DNA of 44,073 nt from Octopus bimaculoides. Lineage: Eukaryota. This document shows, one piece after another, positions 1-11,100 of the stretch (position 1 is the stretch's first letter; the number at the start of each line of letters is the position of its first letter). Where the stretch lies: the NCBI RefSeq assembly GCF_001194135.2, contig NC_068991.1, positions 80,493,228-80,537,300 of the forward strand. The letters are read 5' to 3'. The notes under the pieces are model-generated. The model saw nothing but the letters and a program-made list of their open reading frames with translations, was not told the origin of the DNA and did no database searches. Made by a program: the position numbers and the translations under genes.

Positions 1-90
1 ATTATATCATTATTATTATTATTATTATTATTATTGTTATTATATCATTATTATTATTATTATTATTATTGTTATTATTATTATTATTGC

Positions 91-134
<44 letters not shown>

Positions 135-179
135 CATCATTATTATTATTATTATATCATTATTATTATTATTATATCA

Positions 180-244
<65 letters not shown>
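1..244. repeat. (ATT)n microsatellite with ATATCATT interruptions
   Basis: Directly visible; runs off the left edge of the window. Confidence 0.97.
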
Positions 245-246
<2 letters not shown>

Positions 247-430
247 GTCATGCCGTTTCTACTACCGTTCAGTGGTCGTGAAGCTCCACTCTGTTCTGTC
301 TCTCCCTCACGCAACTGAGCAATTTACTGGATTCTTCTTTCTTATTACCAACAGTAAGACCATCCAGTATCTCTGTCTTCTATGGTTTCTTCTTCCTCTT
401 CACAGTTTCCCCATTTGTCAACTCTGTTTA
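245..430 (-). mobile_element. Decayed 3' end of an RTE-like LINE followed by an (AAT)n tail
   Basis: The minus strand reads, with frameshifts, RRQR-ILDGLTVGNKKEESSKLLSCVRE-RDRTEWSFTT. This resembles the RTE ORF C-terminus (GRQR...LDGL...RDR..WR) and runs directly into (AAT)n. Confidence 0.55.
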
Positions 431-546
431 CGAAAGCACAAACATGAATTTATAGACACAGAATTACAACCTGTGAGCAATGTACATGTTTTGAACTTAG
501 CTAATGTGTGTCTGCAGGAATAAATGTGAATGAAATCGATAATTAC

Positions 547-652
547 TCTGTCATTTCCAGGCGTTCAGAAGTTCCTTTTGTTCCAGTCAATGTAATGAAG
601 ATTCGACCATCAATTGTGCTTTTCCCAGATATAGTCACTTGATAATGGTAAG
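547..652 (-). CDS. Pancreatic lipase-family gene, first PLAT-domain exon
   Basis: Bounded by tttactttag| and |gtaatt; 106 nt, phase 1 to phase 2. Translates (A)YHYQVTISGKSTIDGRIFITLTGTKGTSERLEMT, which aligns with YKVSVTLSG...GHILVSLFGNKGNS of pancreatic lipase. Too short for the supplied ORF track. Confidence 0.85.
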
Positions 653-884
653 CTAAAGTAAACAGAAGATATATACAGATTAGACATAAAGCAAAGAAAC
701 ACAAAATACGATGAAATACACATTATATTAACATTTAAATGCAGTGTCTAACTGAAAAGCAACGATAAGCCATTCCCGGATTTTACCAATTGGCGCCTCA
801 CTACCATCATTATCACCATCACTTGTTCTACTTGTGAGGTGACTCTGATAGGTGGAAACTGTGCGAAAGCTATTGTACTGTGTG

Positions 885-897
885 TGCACACACCGTG

Positions 898-953
<56 letters not shown>

Positions 954-1110
954 TGTATGTATGTATATACACACATATATATCTTTATATTTGTGTATGG
1001 CGTATATATATGCACATATGTATGCGTATATAAGTGTGTAAATATATATATGTATATGTGCATATATGGGTGTGTGCATGTATACGTGTGTGTGTGTGCG
1101 CGCTCGTGCG
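885..1110. repeat. Compound (TA)n/(TG)n microsatellite
   Basis: Directly visible. Confidence 0.95.
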
Positions 1111-1116
1111 CGCATG

Positions 1117-1330
1117 TGAAGTCAAGTGGCCTAATGTCTAGGATATTGCTCTCACGATCTCAAAATCGTGGTCTCGATTCCAGATCGTTGATGCGTTGTG
1201 TCCTGGAAGAAAACGCTTCCTTTCACGTCGCTTCCGTCCATCCAATTGAAAATGAGTCTATCTGCAACAGACCGATGTCCAGATTAGGGAGAATGTTGAC
1301 TTGCCAGTCAGATAAGTGCATTGGTATCAT
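1117..1330 (+). mobile_element. tRNA-derived SINE fragment
   Basis: A-box-like TGGCCTAATGT (1127-1137) and B-box-like GGTCTCGATTCC (1170-1181), followed by a GCGTTGTGTCC SINE-body motif. Confidence 0.6.
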
Positions 1331-1404
1331 CTAAAAGCTACAACAATACAAAGAAGCGCAGTGTGACCAGCGGTGTACAACATCCGATAGTTTGGTTGAT
1401 AGAT

Positions 1405-1408
1405 AAGG

Positions 1409-1493
<85 letters not shown>
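1405..1493. repeat. (GACA)n(GATA)n tetranucleotide microsatellite
   Basis: Directly visible. Confidence 0.97.
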
Positions 1494-1494
<1 letters not shown>

Positions 1495-1823
1495 CTGATG
1501 TAGCTATTTATATATCAAAATAAGCCACATGATATCAATTAGTTATGCAGTACGACCGTTTCAAGCGGCCCCATTTAATTGAACGATGCAATCATTACAT
1601 CAATTTAAATGCAGTGCTATCTTCAGCTGCACAAAATATGGAATTTTTTAACAAGTAGGGCACAATAATATAATATTAATATTTATATAAGCATATAGTT
1701 TAAAGAATTATTATGGCAGACAATATAATTGGGGCATAATGTAATAATGATGAAATAGCCATATTTTTTTAACTGATTGAAAGATATGAAATATAATCAT
1801 AATAGAAGTTAGTCAGAACTTAC

Positions 1824-2054
1824 CACAATAGGGTTGAGTGTCAAAAGTTTGCAGCATATGTTTACCACGACCCAATACTTTTTCAGCATGGAAACCCAAA
1901 CGTCCTAACTGGCCATGTTTATGGAAACATTTCCCAGATTTGATATCATGTACATCAGAACAGCTATAGCTATTAAATGGACAGGCACTGTTTATCGATT
2001 CGGTGTATAGCACTTCAGCTCTTTTGTGACTACACATGAATGCAGCCTTTGCAC
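1824..2054 (-). CDS. Pancreatic lipase-family gene, exon with catalytic His (CSH)
   Basis: Bounded by ttttgcag| and |gtaagt; 231 nt, phase 1 to phase 1. Translates AKAAFMCSHKRAEVLYTESINSACPFNSYSCSDVHDIKSGKCFHKHGQLGRLGFHAEKVLGRGKHMLQTFDTQPYC. Confidence 0.94.
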
Positions 2055-2371
2055 CTGCAAAATGTAAAGGATTTCGTTTTACTAAAAACGTTTAAACATT
2101 TTTAAATATGGAAAGAAATAAAATTGTAAAGAGTTTTGTAATTTCGTTTCGCATACAAATATCGAAATATAATATCTCTGAACAGATAATCTAACATATT
2201 TCAGGAATTAATTCTAAGTAACTATGTATAATATTCATATTATACAATACATACCATGCAATGTAACATTCACATACATACGTATTTATACAGGATGTTC
2301 GAGATAAATTTGACGGTTCTTTTTTTTTATATCTCCCTTTTTGCAGGAACAGCTTGGTGTCGCACGCCGGA

Positions 2372-2645
2372 ATTCATCTCTACACCTTTGAACAGGGTCT
2401 TAGACTCAGTTCAAACGGTTTTTGAAGCTGCTGGAGACTGTGGTCAAAGGGCTGGCTTGAGAGGATTGCTGCTAGAAAGTCATGTGTGGCAGAAGGATTC
2501 AGCTACTTGCTATACCTCCGGAAAGAGTCAAAAATGGTTGTCGGAAATTTTTTACAACTTCACCGGCCCCAATTTTTGGCCTCCTAAGATCTCCGATTTT
2601 AATCCCATTGATTACTATGTGTGGAGCACGGTTGAGAAAGACATC
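2372..2645 (+). mobile_element. Tc1/mariner transposase relic, maT/DD37D-like
   Basis: Frameshifted translation TFEQGLRLSSNG...HVWQKDSATCYTSGKSQKWLSEIFYNFTGPNFWPPKISDFNPIDYYVWSTVEKD corresponds to the QQDSAPCH and WPPNSPDLNP(M)DY catalytic motifs. Truncated by an N gap. Confidence 0.85.
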
Positions 2646-4162
2646 NNNNNNNNNNNNNNNNNNNNNNNNNNNNNNNNNNNNNNNNNNNNNNNNNNNNNNN
2701 NNNNNNNNNNNNNNNNNNNNNNNNNNNNNNNNNNNNNNNNNNNNNNNNNNNNNNNNNNNNNNNNNNNNNNNNNNNNNNNNNNNNNNNNNNNNNNNNNNNN
2801 NNNNNNNNNNNNNNNNNNNNNNNNNNNNNNNNNNNNNNNNNNNNNNNNNNNNNNNNNNNNNNNNNNNNNNNNNNNNNNNNNNNNNNNNNNNNNNNNNNNN
2901 NNNNNNNNNNNNNNNNNNNNNNNNNNNNNNNNNNNNNNNNNNNNNNNNNNNNNNNNNNNNNNNNNNNNNNNNNNNNNNNNNNNNNNNNNNNNNNNNNNNN
3001 NNNNNNNNNNNNNNNNNNNNNNNNNNNNNNNNNNNNNNNNNNNNNNNNNNNNNNNNNNNNNNNNNNNNNNNNNNNNNNNNNNNNNNNNNNNNNNNNNNNN
3101 NNNNNNNNNNNNNNNNNNNNNNNNNNNNNNNNATATATATATATATTCATATTTATATTCATATTTATATTTATATTTATGATACAGATAAGGAAATAAT
3201 TTTCTCCTCAAACGCAGGATAATGCTAATAATATAGCATGAAAAGAATAAGCTATCCATATTTTGCAGAAAAATTGGTCAGTGAGAATAAAATTACTTCC
3301 TTATCTTTCAATACATCTCAACATTTCTAAAGCAAACTTTGTTTTCTTTAATCGTAAAGTTGAATTTTTAAAAAAAAATTATATATATATATAAACACAC
3401 ACATACACATTAATGTATCTTAACTTCTAAAACTGATGTTAATTTATCTTTTTATCCCTTCTTGTACCATTTTACGCCTTCCTTGCACCACAATGTGTAC
3501 AAACATTGCACATCGCGTAGTGTTGAACAAGAGTTATTTTAGCCATCTGCAAACATATAAAATTTTCTTGAGGTTTCAATATTTTCGTCGCATTCCTGCG
3601 ACCTGGTCGCTGACGTAGTCCCACGCAATTGCTTCAACTTTAACACACTCCTCTAAGATGAAGTCATTTGATAAAAACTAAATCAACTCTAGAATTAAAC
3701 TTTAGTTTGATGAAAATAAAATGTTGCATCCCTGAGTCATTAATATAATGTCAGTCAGCAGAACCGAGAGTCAACAGTTTGCAAAGAGTCAATAGAACTT
3801 TGGTGTGTTAATAGATTGTTCCGATCTAGTGATGGACACGTATTGACTCAGTACACTTAGTTATAAATATATATATATCTATACATGCATACATACATAC
3901 ATACATACACATACACACATACACATACAAATACATATATATATTTATATCTATATATATCTGTATATATATATATATATATATNNNNNNNNNNNNNNNN
4001 NNNNNNNNNNNNNNNNNNNNNNNNNNNNNNNNNNNNNNNNNNNNNNNNNNNNNNNNNNNNNNNNNNNNNNNNNNNNNNNNNNNNNNNNNNNNNNNNNNNN
4101 NNNNNNNNNNNNNNNNNNNNNNNNNNNNNNNNNNNNNNNNNNNNNNNGAGAGAGAGAGAGAG

Positions 4163-4950
4163 GACCACAAAATCCTGCTGAAGAAACTGACCAACATTGG
4201 AGTCCGTGGAAAGCTGCTGCAGTGGATAAAGTGTTTCCTGACGAACAGAACCCAACATGTTGTGTTTGGGGGAATGCGATCCAGCTCAGCCAAAGTCAGT
4301 AGTGGTGTCCCACAAGGTACTGTATTGGTCCCACTCCTCTTCATTATTTACACCAATGGCATAGTAGACGTCACCAAACATTCTACATTGAAAATCTTTG
4401 CAGATGATTCCAAACTCCAGAAAGCCATAAACAGCAAGAGAGACCAAACATGCCTTCAGTCAGATCTGTTTGCTGTTGTCCAATGGGAGGGGGGAAAAAA
4501 CAATATGCTTTTGAATGAAGATAAGTTTGATTTGATCCACTTTGAAAAAGAAGATACTCTGATATTACCATATGCTCTTCCCTCGGGCGACTTAGTGTCA
4601 TCCAACAACACCAGAGACCTTAGAGTAATTGTTGATAACAATCTAAGCTGGAGTTCTCCACGTAAACACCAAGGTTGACTTGGCCCGCAAGATGTGCTCC
4701 TGGATTCTGAGAACTTTCCGGTCTAGAGATGCCTACACCGTCATCCTTTCTCTACTCTACTTTTGCTCGACCCTTCCTTGAATACTGTTGCCCATTGTGG
4801 TCCCCCACCCCCATGCGAAGCAACTCATTATGAAAGTAGAAGCACTCCAGAAGTCAATAACAAGAAAGATAGACGGCATGAGAAGCATTGACTATTGGGG
4901 TCGACTAAAAAAATCTCAATCTCTATTTTCTCCAACGCCCCGGGAAAGCT
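4163..4950 (+). mobile_element. Non-LTR retrotransposon RT fragment (CR1/L2-like), intronic and antisense to the lipase
   Basis: DHKILLKKL...GVPQGTVLVPLLFIIY...IFADDSKL...DLRVIVDNNLSW, then a frameshifted ...KVEALQKSITRKIDGMRSIDYWGRLKK. Confidence 0.92.
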
Positions 4951-4959
4951 GTTACAACC

Positions 4960-5225
4960 TCTACAGCCATTACGACCAACAACGTCTATTGACGTCACTG
5001 CCACCACTACAACCCTGCCACTAACCACATCACTTACAACTACCAACACTGCCATCACCACGCTATTAACGTTACAACCATCTCCAACACCAACACCAGT
5101 AACATCACCACTACTACTCCAAACCATCATCACTACCGCTACCACAACACCACAACCTCATACCACTATTAATAACACCACCACTACAATAACCATCACT
5201 TACAACAACGACCACTCTACCATGA
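4960..5225. repeat. Low-complexity (ACC/ACT/ACA)n tract
   Basis: Degenerate trinucleotide tract; it explains the Thr-rich and Val-rich pseudo-ORFs. Confidence 0.85.
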
Positions 5226-5247
5226 ATAACATTATTGGTTCGCTTAC

Positions 5248-5502
5248 CGGGTTTCAATTTATTGAGTAAACCAACAATACCACCAATGATTGAACCTGGT
5301 ATTTTATATTCTGTACATCCAGGTTGATACCTTCCACCATTCGGATAGAAATCTACATGGCCACTTTGACCGTTTATGCCAAGACCTAGACCCAATACGT
5401 AACCAATATCGGTGTGTATGACGTCAACAAATTCAGCATCGGTCGGGTCAAGACGAACCTTCGATCCAGTGTGTTCAAAGTAAGGCGCCGAAGGATCCAA
5501 AC
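5248..5502 (-). CDS. Pancreatic lipase-family gene, exon with catalytic Asp (GLDPS), beta9 loop and start of lid
   Basis: Bounded by aaaag| and |gtaagc; 255 nt, phase 1 to phase 1. Translates LDPSAPYFEHTGSKVRLDPTDAEFVDVIHTDIGYVLGLGLGINGQSGHVDFYPNGGRYQPGCTEYKIPGSIIGGIVGLLNKLKP(G). Confidence 0.96.
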
Positions 5503-6381
5503 CTTTTCGAATGATAAAAGAAAACTCACGAATTAGAACCAGAAGTAAAAAGAAATATATAAGATAACGAAATACAATAAACAGATTGATATATAACAGA
5601 CATATTCCAATACTTTTCTCGATCACTTCTACACTTTCTAAGCTTGAGCATTATAACCATGATTTTTTTTTTAAGATGTAGGTCCGAGAGTACAAGTGAC
5701 GTGATTATCTGGAAATGATGATGTCTCCGAACTATCCCGTCAGTTTCACTTTTCCATCACCCGGTTCAAGGAGGCCGAATTTTAACCGACCTCGACAGAG
5801 ACAGTGGGGCGGACCTGAGGCACGCTCCGATTTCTATTGTTTAATCAGAAAACAGTGGCTATTCGCACGACAAAACATCAGCTAACCCTGCAATAGATAA
5901 CGACATCGTAAATCCCTTATATGTTTAGCAGCTGAGGTATCCAATTTATAATGATATCACGAATCTCCTATATGTTAAGCATGTGAGGTATCACCATCTG
6001 TTGCATTAGGCTGTCACATCGACTCCGAGGAGGTACAGAACGATAAATGAAGTCGTTCGGACACACATAAGTTAGGTTTCCAATGTATTTAAATATGAAG
6101 GTGTGAGAAGCATCACATGAATGAACAACGCAAGAATCCAAGAGAAACTAACGGGGGTGTTCTGTATTGGTAAAAATCGTTTTAATAAATTTCGCAAAAT
6201 GGAATATGGTTGTGTGCCAGAGGGAATGGGTGAAACTCTAACATGATGTGGATAAATTCAGTGATTGTTCCCTAATCCTGAAATGTGTGGCATCAGATAC
6301 AAAATTAATGTTCTGGTTTTAAAACTCTTCTATATCAATTTTGACGTTCATCTGCCATGTTCTTTAATTCTTTGATTCCCT

Positions 6382-6530
6382 CAATGGATCGCGGCCGTGC
6401 TGGGGCACCGCTTTGAGGATTTTAGTTGAACAAAACGAACCCGGCACATATTTTAAGTCTGGTACTTATTCTATCGTTTTGAAGAATTGTTCAGTTATGA
6501 GGATGTAAACCAGCCAAAACTGGTCGTCAT
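6382..6530 (+). mobile_element. Dispersed repeat (SINE-body) fragment
   Basis: The motif GCGGCC(G/A)TGCTGGGGCACCGCTTTGA recurs in reverse orientation at about 8510-8550. Confidence 0.5.
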
Positions 6531-6934
6531 GTAATGAGGAGGAAAACACAAAGAATCGCACACATTACGAACACATAGGATGGGGTTCGACAGGCTTTGG
6601 CCACCATGTTCCTTTTAATATGCTTTTAATTAAAATATTTGCTGTTATGGCAGCTGTGGTTTGGTCCCACACTCAGCTATGCTTGAGCGAACCCTTGATC
6701 AAAAATGTTACACGTTGTTCCCTAATATGTGAATATGCTGCTTCTATAGCAAAATCTGGACTATTTCCTATACATTCTCTTATCCCCTTATCGGGAAGGT
6801 AGATCGAAAGCTAGGCTCTGTTGCTAAGACGATCTAATAAAAAATCTATACATCAGCGCGAAAACTTCTCAGCAAACATCTCCAGTTTAACAAATGATTT
6901 ACAAACACAAGAAACACTTTAAAGAAATCATTAC

Positions 6935-7163
6935 CAGAAATTCTTGCCAAATTCTCCAGCCTTTCTCCAGCGTAACCAGCAATATGAGCGCCAAGACTGT
7001 GTCCAATTAAATGCATTGTCTGTGGAGTGCTTGCCGTTTGATTCTGAATGTAGTTAATTAAAAGTGCAATCTGCGCTCCGACGACGCGACAGTTAGATGC
7101 TGCACGAGCGTATGTTACATCAGATCCATTCCTCCAGTCGACCACAATAACATTGTAATCGCC
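6935..7163 (-). CDS. Pancreatic lipase-family gene, exon with catalytic Ser (GHSLG)
   Basis: Bounded by ttctag| and |gtaatg; 229 nt, phase 0 to phase 1. Translates GDYNVIVVDWRNGSDVTYARAASNCRVVGAQIALLINYIQNQTASTPQTMHLIGHSLGAHIAGYAGERLENLARIS(G). Confidence 0.96.
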
Positions 7164-7549
7164 CTAGAATTAGAAATAATACAGCTAAGAGTAAAAAGGA
7201 AATTAGCAGACTTGGCATGGTTTTAGACCTCTAATTCATAAACAGGGAATGCAGTTCCGCTAAATAGTTTTCCATTATACGCCTCGCTTCGATTAGACAT
7301 TGATGGAACCAATCACATCGTGTAGAAAACTTTACTTTTATAGACTCTGTTTTTCTTTGGCAGAACCGATTTCTCTTTGATTTGTTCGTAACATAAAGTC
7401 TGAAAATAAGTAATTGTCCCTGAAATGTCTCGGGGGGGGGGGAGACGTTTAAGTTTACATAAATGGAAGAGATCCTCAACGACAAAGTTAACTTGCGTGA
7501 ATATATAACCTTTCTAAGTATATGTATATTCATACGTATGTCTGTGCAT

Positions 7550-7769
7550 ACATACATTCATCCATCAATTTATACATACATACATACACACGTACATACT
7601 TACGTACATAGATACATACTCACATACATACATACACACACACATACACACATACATATATACATAGACACACATACATACATACACACATACATACATA
7701 TACACACACATACACACACACATACATACATACATACATACATACATACACACACACATACATACATAC

Positions 7770-7802
<33 letters not shown>

Positions 7803-7845
7803 CAGACATATACTCATACATACATGCATATATACATACATACAT
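7550..7845. repeat. Compound (CATA)n/(CA)n microsatellite
   Basis: Directly visible. Confidence 0.95.
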
Positions 7846-9410
7846 ATGCAGTTTGTCAACGAGAGGCAGGGAACATTCCGTATATACAAAATACATTGTT
7901 TAGTTAAGCTGGTATCTTGTTTATTAACACTCGAGTCTCAAGCCACTGCTATCATTAGCAGAACCGGATTCCTCGGTACTTCGAGATTTGTTTTATGTAC
8001 TTTGAAGTGGATTTCTTCTTTTGTGCTTCACTATCGTTTTCTTTGACTTATTTTTATGTCTTTTAAGCTGTGTCTGTGGTTGCCATCGTTTCCTTTTCCT
8101 CTTCGTAAACTTTTTGGCTTCGCTATTCTAACCGAGTTTTCATTCGCTTTCAATCTATGTCTCATTTTATCAGTGTCGTATAATTCGCTTTTCATAAGCA
8201 AATTTGAGAGTTGTCTTCGTTTTGCTTGCTGATTTCGTAATTCTCTAGAATTGTTTATCTGCACATCGCTTTTTATGAACATATTCAGTGGTGCTTTCGT
8301 TTCCACTTGATGATCTCGTCATCATAAATTATTTTGGAAAATATTCAATTTGATTATCACTCTTTATTGATCATTTCAATAGTTGTTCTATTAATACCTG
8401 TTGGTTGTATCATCATATCCTGCTTACTAAAAATATTACTTTTTTTTCTCTGCCTGTCCCTTACATTAACATGGCCTGTTTTTCTAAAGTTGCTATTATG
8501 CGTATTATGTGTTCAAAGCGGTGCCCCAGCATGGCCGCAATCTATTGAGGCATAATATATTTGTCATAAACTGTGTGAGGAGGTGGCTATTGTATTTTGT
8601 AACTAATAGCTCTGGAGTGAAATTTTTCAGGTTAATTACTCTAGTTACTTAGTTACCTTCTTTTGTCGCTCCGCCGGTGTTGATATTGCCGGGAATCCAC
8701 TAGTTTTTCAGTCAATTTTTACCATCGAATATTTATCGCGTTTTCAAATCTACCCAGTTTTTGAAAATAAATCTATTCTGGTTTCTGCAATGTTTTTATT
8801 AGCTCATTTGTTCTATTCAGTAAGAATAATTACTACATAATTATGTTGCATTTTTCTGTGTACCATTTATTGTGATATTGTCTATTATTGCTCTGATTAT
8901 ATTTATATTTTCTCCTTTAAGTCCAAAATGTGCTTCGAGTGATACGCTGCGTTCGTTTCATCAATTTTATGGAGCGAGTGATTGTGTTATGTGTATCTAA
9001 CTTTAAACGTCCTGCTTGTGGTTTCAATGTAGATTTGGTTGGTTTTTCTCCTTCTCGTGCAACACTGTCGCTTTATAGATTACTTAATACGATTATTTTG
9101 ATCTATTTCAATTGTATCTATTCTTTGGTCTGCGCTGCTTTATGCTCCTGAAACTCCTTCTTTTGTTTCAGTTTACATAATGCTTTCTAAATACATTTTT
9201 TCCTCCCAATTGCTTCCCTTTATAATTTATAATTACACAAATTGTTAAAGGTCTCTTCAGACCACTAGAGTGCAATATCTTACCAACGCTGATGATTTAA
9301 AGGGTTTGAAAAGAAAGTAGATATACCATACTGGTTAGACAAATGGGTTTTGGTGGAGTAACGATTTAAGAGGATATGAGACTGAGTTTATTAGCTATGA
9401 AAAACGATAT

Positions 9411-9412
<2 letters not shown>

Positions 9413-9456
<44 letters not shown>
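9413..9456. repeat. (GA)n microsatellite just inside a lipase intron
   Basis: Directly visible, about 20 nt from the 9477 donor. Confidence 0.97.
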
Positions 9457-9460
<4 letters not shown>

Positions 9461-9477
9461 CAGAAAGCCTTTCTTAC

Positions 9478-9643
9478 GTGTTTCAACAGCTCACGAGTTA
9501 CGTTCAGAACCCATGGTTTGTCTTTGCCAAAGCTTTTATAACCGTGAATAATAAATTTGGTCGGTCTTGTTGCTGTAAAGTTACTGAGGTGTAAGAGGCT
9601 GTCATTGTGAGTCTCCAATGCAGCACCAGTTAATGGATTCGAT
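9478..9643 (-). CDS. Pancreatic lipase-family gene, exon with the FIIHG oxyanion-loop motif
   Basis: Bounded by ttttgcag| and |gtaaga; 166 nt, phase 2 to phase 0. Translates SNPLTGAALETHNDSLLHLSNFTATRPTKFIIHGYKSFGKDKPWVLNVTRELLKH. Confidence 0.93.
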
Positions 9644-9882
9644 CTGCAAAAGATAATATATTATTAAAGTTAATGTGAAAACAATGATTGAATGATTTTA
9701 TAAATGATTTTATAAGTGGTTCAAATTGAGAGCAAAGATAATAAAATACTGGCCTAAATGAAGGTGATCGAAGGTGTGTCATGACAATGCCACTACCCTT
9801 CCATCACGTATTGTGGAGTGCCAGTGCTAAGCAAGGCGAAACCGTTTTATTAAACACAAAAAGATAAAATGAAATGGTTCAC

Positions 9883-10024
9883 CTTGTATAGAGGAAAAAC
9901 TGTGTTCCGATTTCTTGTGGTTTATTTGGTAAAAGGTTGATTGGACGTTCGAGCGAGACGAACTCTCCCTCGTTTGAAAAGCATCCAAGTTCGCCGAAAC
10001 AAACTTCTGTATCGAATATCGATC
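9883..10024 (-). CDS. Pancreatic lipase-family gene, first confidently identified coding exon
   Basis: Bounded by tacag| and |gtgaac; 142 nt, phase 1 to phase 2. Translates (G)SIFDTEVCFGELGCFSNEGEFVSLERPINLLPNKPQEIGTQFFLYT(R), matching the VC-x4-GCF...P-x2-P...FxLYT N-terminus of pancreatic lipases. Confidence 0.93.
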
Positions 10025-10269
10025 CTGTATTAAATAATTAAATTTTCAATGCTGCAGTCTATTTAAAACCATCTTTACATGCATTACAATAAATACAATA
10101 AAACAATCCACAGAAACACCATGAGCAGAATAACATGCTGTTGTTGTTGTTGTGATAGTGGTGGTGGCGGCGGTTATTACAGGTCATACTTTGCTAATAT
10201 GGGATCTGTGTGGGAACTATATATATATAGTGCGTATGTTTATTTAGCAAATATTATAATAAATAAAAT

Positions 10270-10344
10270 GACCAACCCGAAATACAACAATATCTGTTTC
10301 AACACACGATTTCACATCAGGAATCTTGCAAAACGAATTGATAA

Positions 10345-10382
<38 letters not shown>

Positions 10383-11100
10383 ACATATATATACACATAT
10401 ATATATACACATATATATGTGTAAATTTGGCATCTATTATTGCATCTCTAAATAGAAGCAAGTTAAACAAAATAGAGCAATGCGAACGGCCCTACAATGG
10501 AAACCCCGGCTTTGGGAAGATTGGGTATAATACACACAAGACTAGTGAGACCAGCTCTTCGCTCCCTCCTGTTGTGTCGAACCCTGGTAATGGGAAAAAG
10601 AGAAATGCGGATGTGGGAAACCTAACAAGGACTGTTGCTGGTAGTCGAAATAAGATTAGGGGTGGCCCAGATAAATTTTGTGATTGTAGGAACCCTCGGT
10701 TATGTCCTCTTGACGGGTTCTGTCTGAGCACAAATGTAATATATAAATGCGTTGTTAGGGATGAGTACAATTCAAATAAGTTCTATATAGGAAATACGAT
10801 AGATTTCAAAGCAAGATATATAGCACATTTGAGTTCATTTTCAAATGAAAAGTATTGCAACTCCACAACTCTCGCATCCTATGTACACGACCTTAAGAAG
10901 AAAAATAAGAAAATACTCTCTTGAATGGTCGATTGTATTGAGAGCCCCTTCTTTTAGAGCAAATATTAGCAAATGTCTATTGCGTATTAGGGAATCCCTC
11001 ACTATACTTGGGTTGTTTGGGCCGAAAACTTTAAATAAATTCACTGAAATGATCCCCTTCTGCAATCATAGGTTTTCCTCCACTTTCTTGAAAGTATATA
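10270..11100 (+). mobile_element. Penelope-like retroelement, GIY-YIG endonuclease fragment (decayed)
   Basis: NLASIIASLNRSKL...CDCRNPRLCPLDGFCLSTNVIYKCVVRDEYNSNKFYIGNTIDFKARYIAHLSSF...NSTTLASYVHDLK, a frameshift near 10910, then YSLEWSIV...KCLLRIRE...TLNKFTEMIPFCNH. A (TG)n(TA)n tract interrupts it at about 10345-10420. Confidence 0.9.

Noticed and set aside
34-318. Tyr-, Leu- and Ile-rich ORFs, and similar HT/CV/YI dipeptide ORFs across the window
   Set aside because: These are translations of microsatellites.
728-858. Possible terminal lipase exon (cag|TT TCC ACC..., [15 protein letters not shown]...FKC*)
   Set aside because: It is phase-compatible but has no PLAT similarity. The 652-547 exon gives a clear PLAT match with a better pyrimidine tract.
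4895-5269. Thr-rich mucin-like ORF
   Set aside because: It is a low-complexity ACC/ACT tract fused to a LINE end, antisense within a lipase intron, with no splice support.
10060-10140. Hydrophobic frames (MLFCSWCFCGLFYCIYCNA, MVFLWIVLLYLL) as the lipase signal-peptide exon
   Set aside because: The available donors give the wrong phase, create TGA at the junction, or need an intron of under 50 nt with a weak donor.
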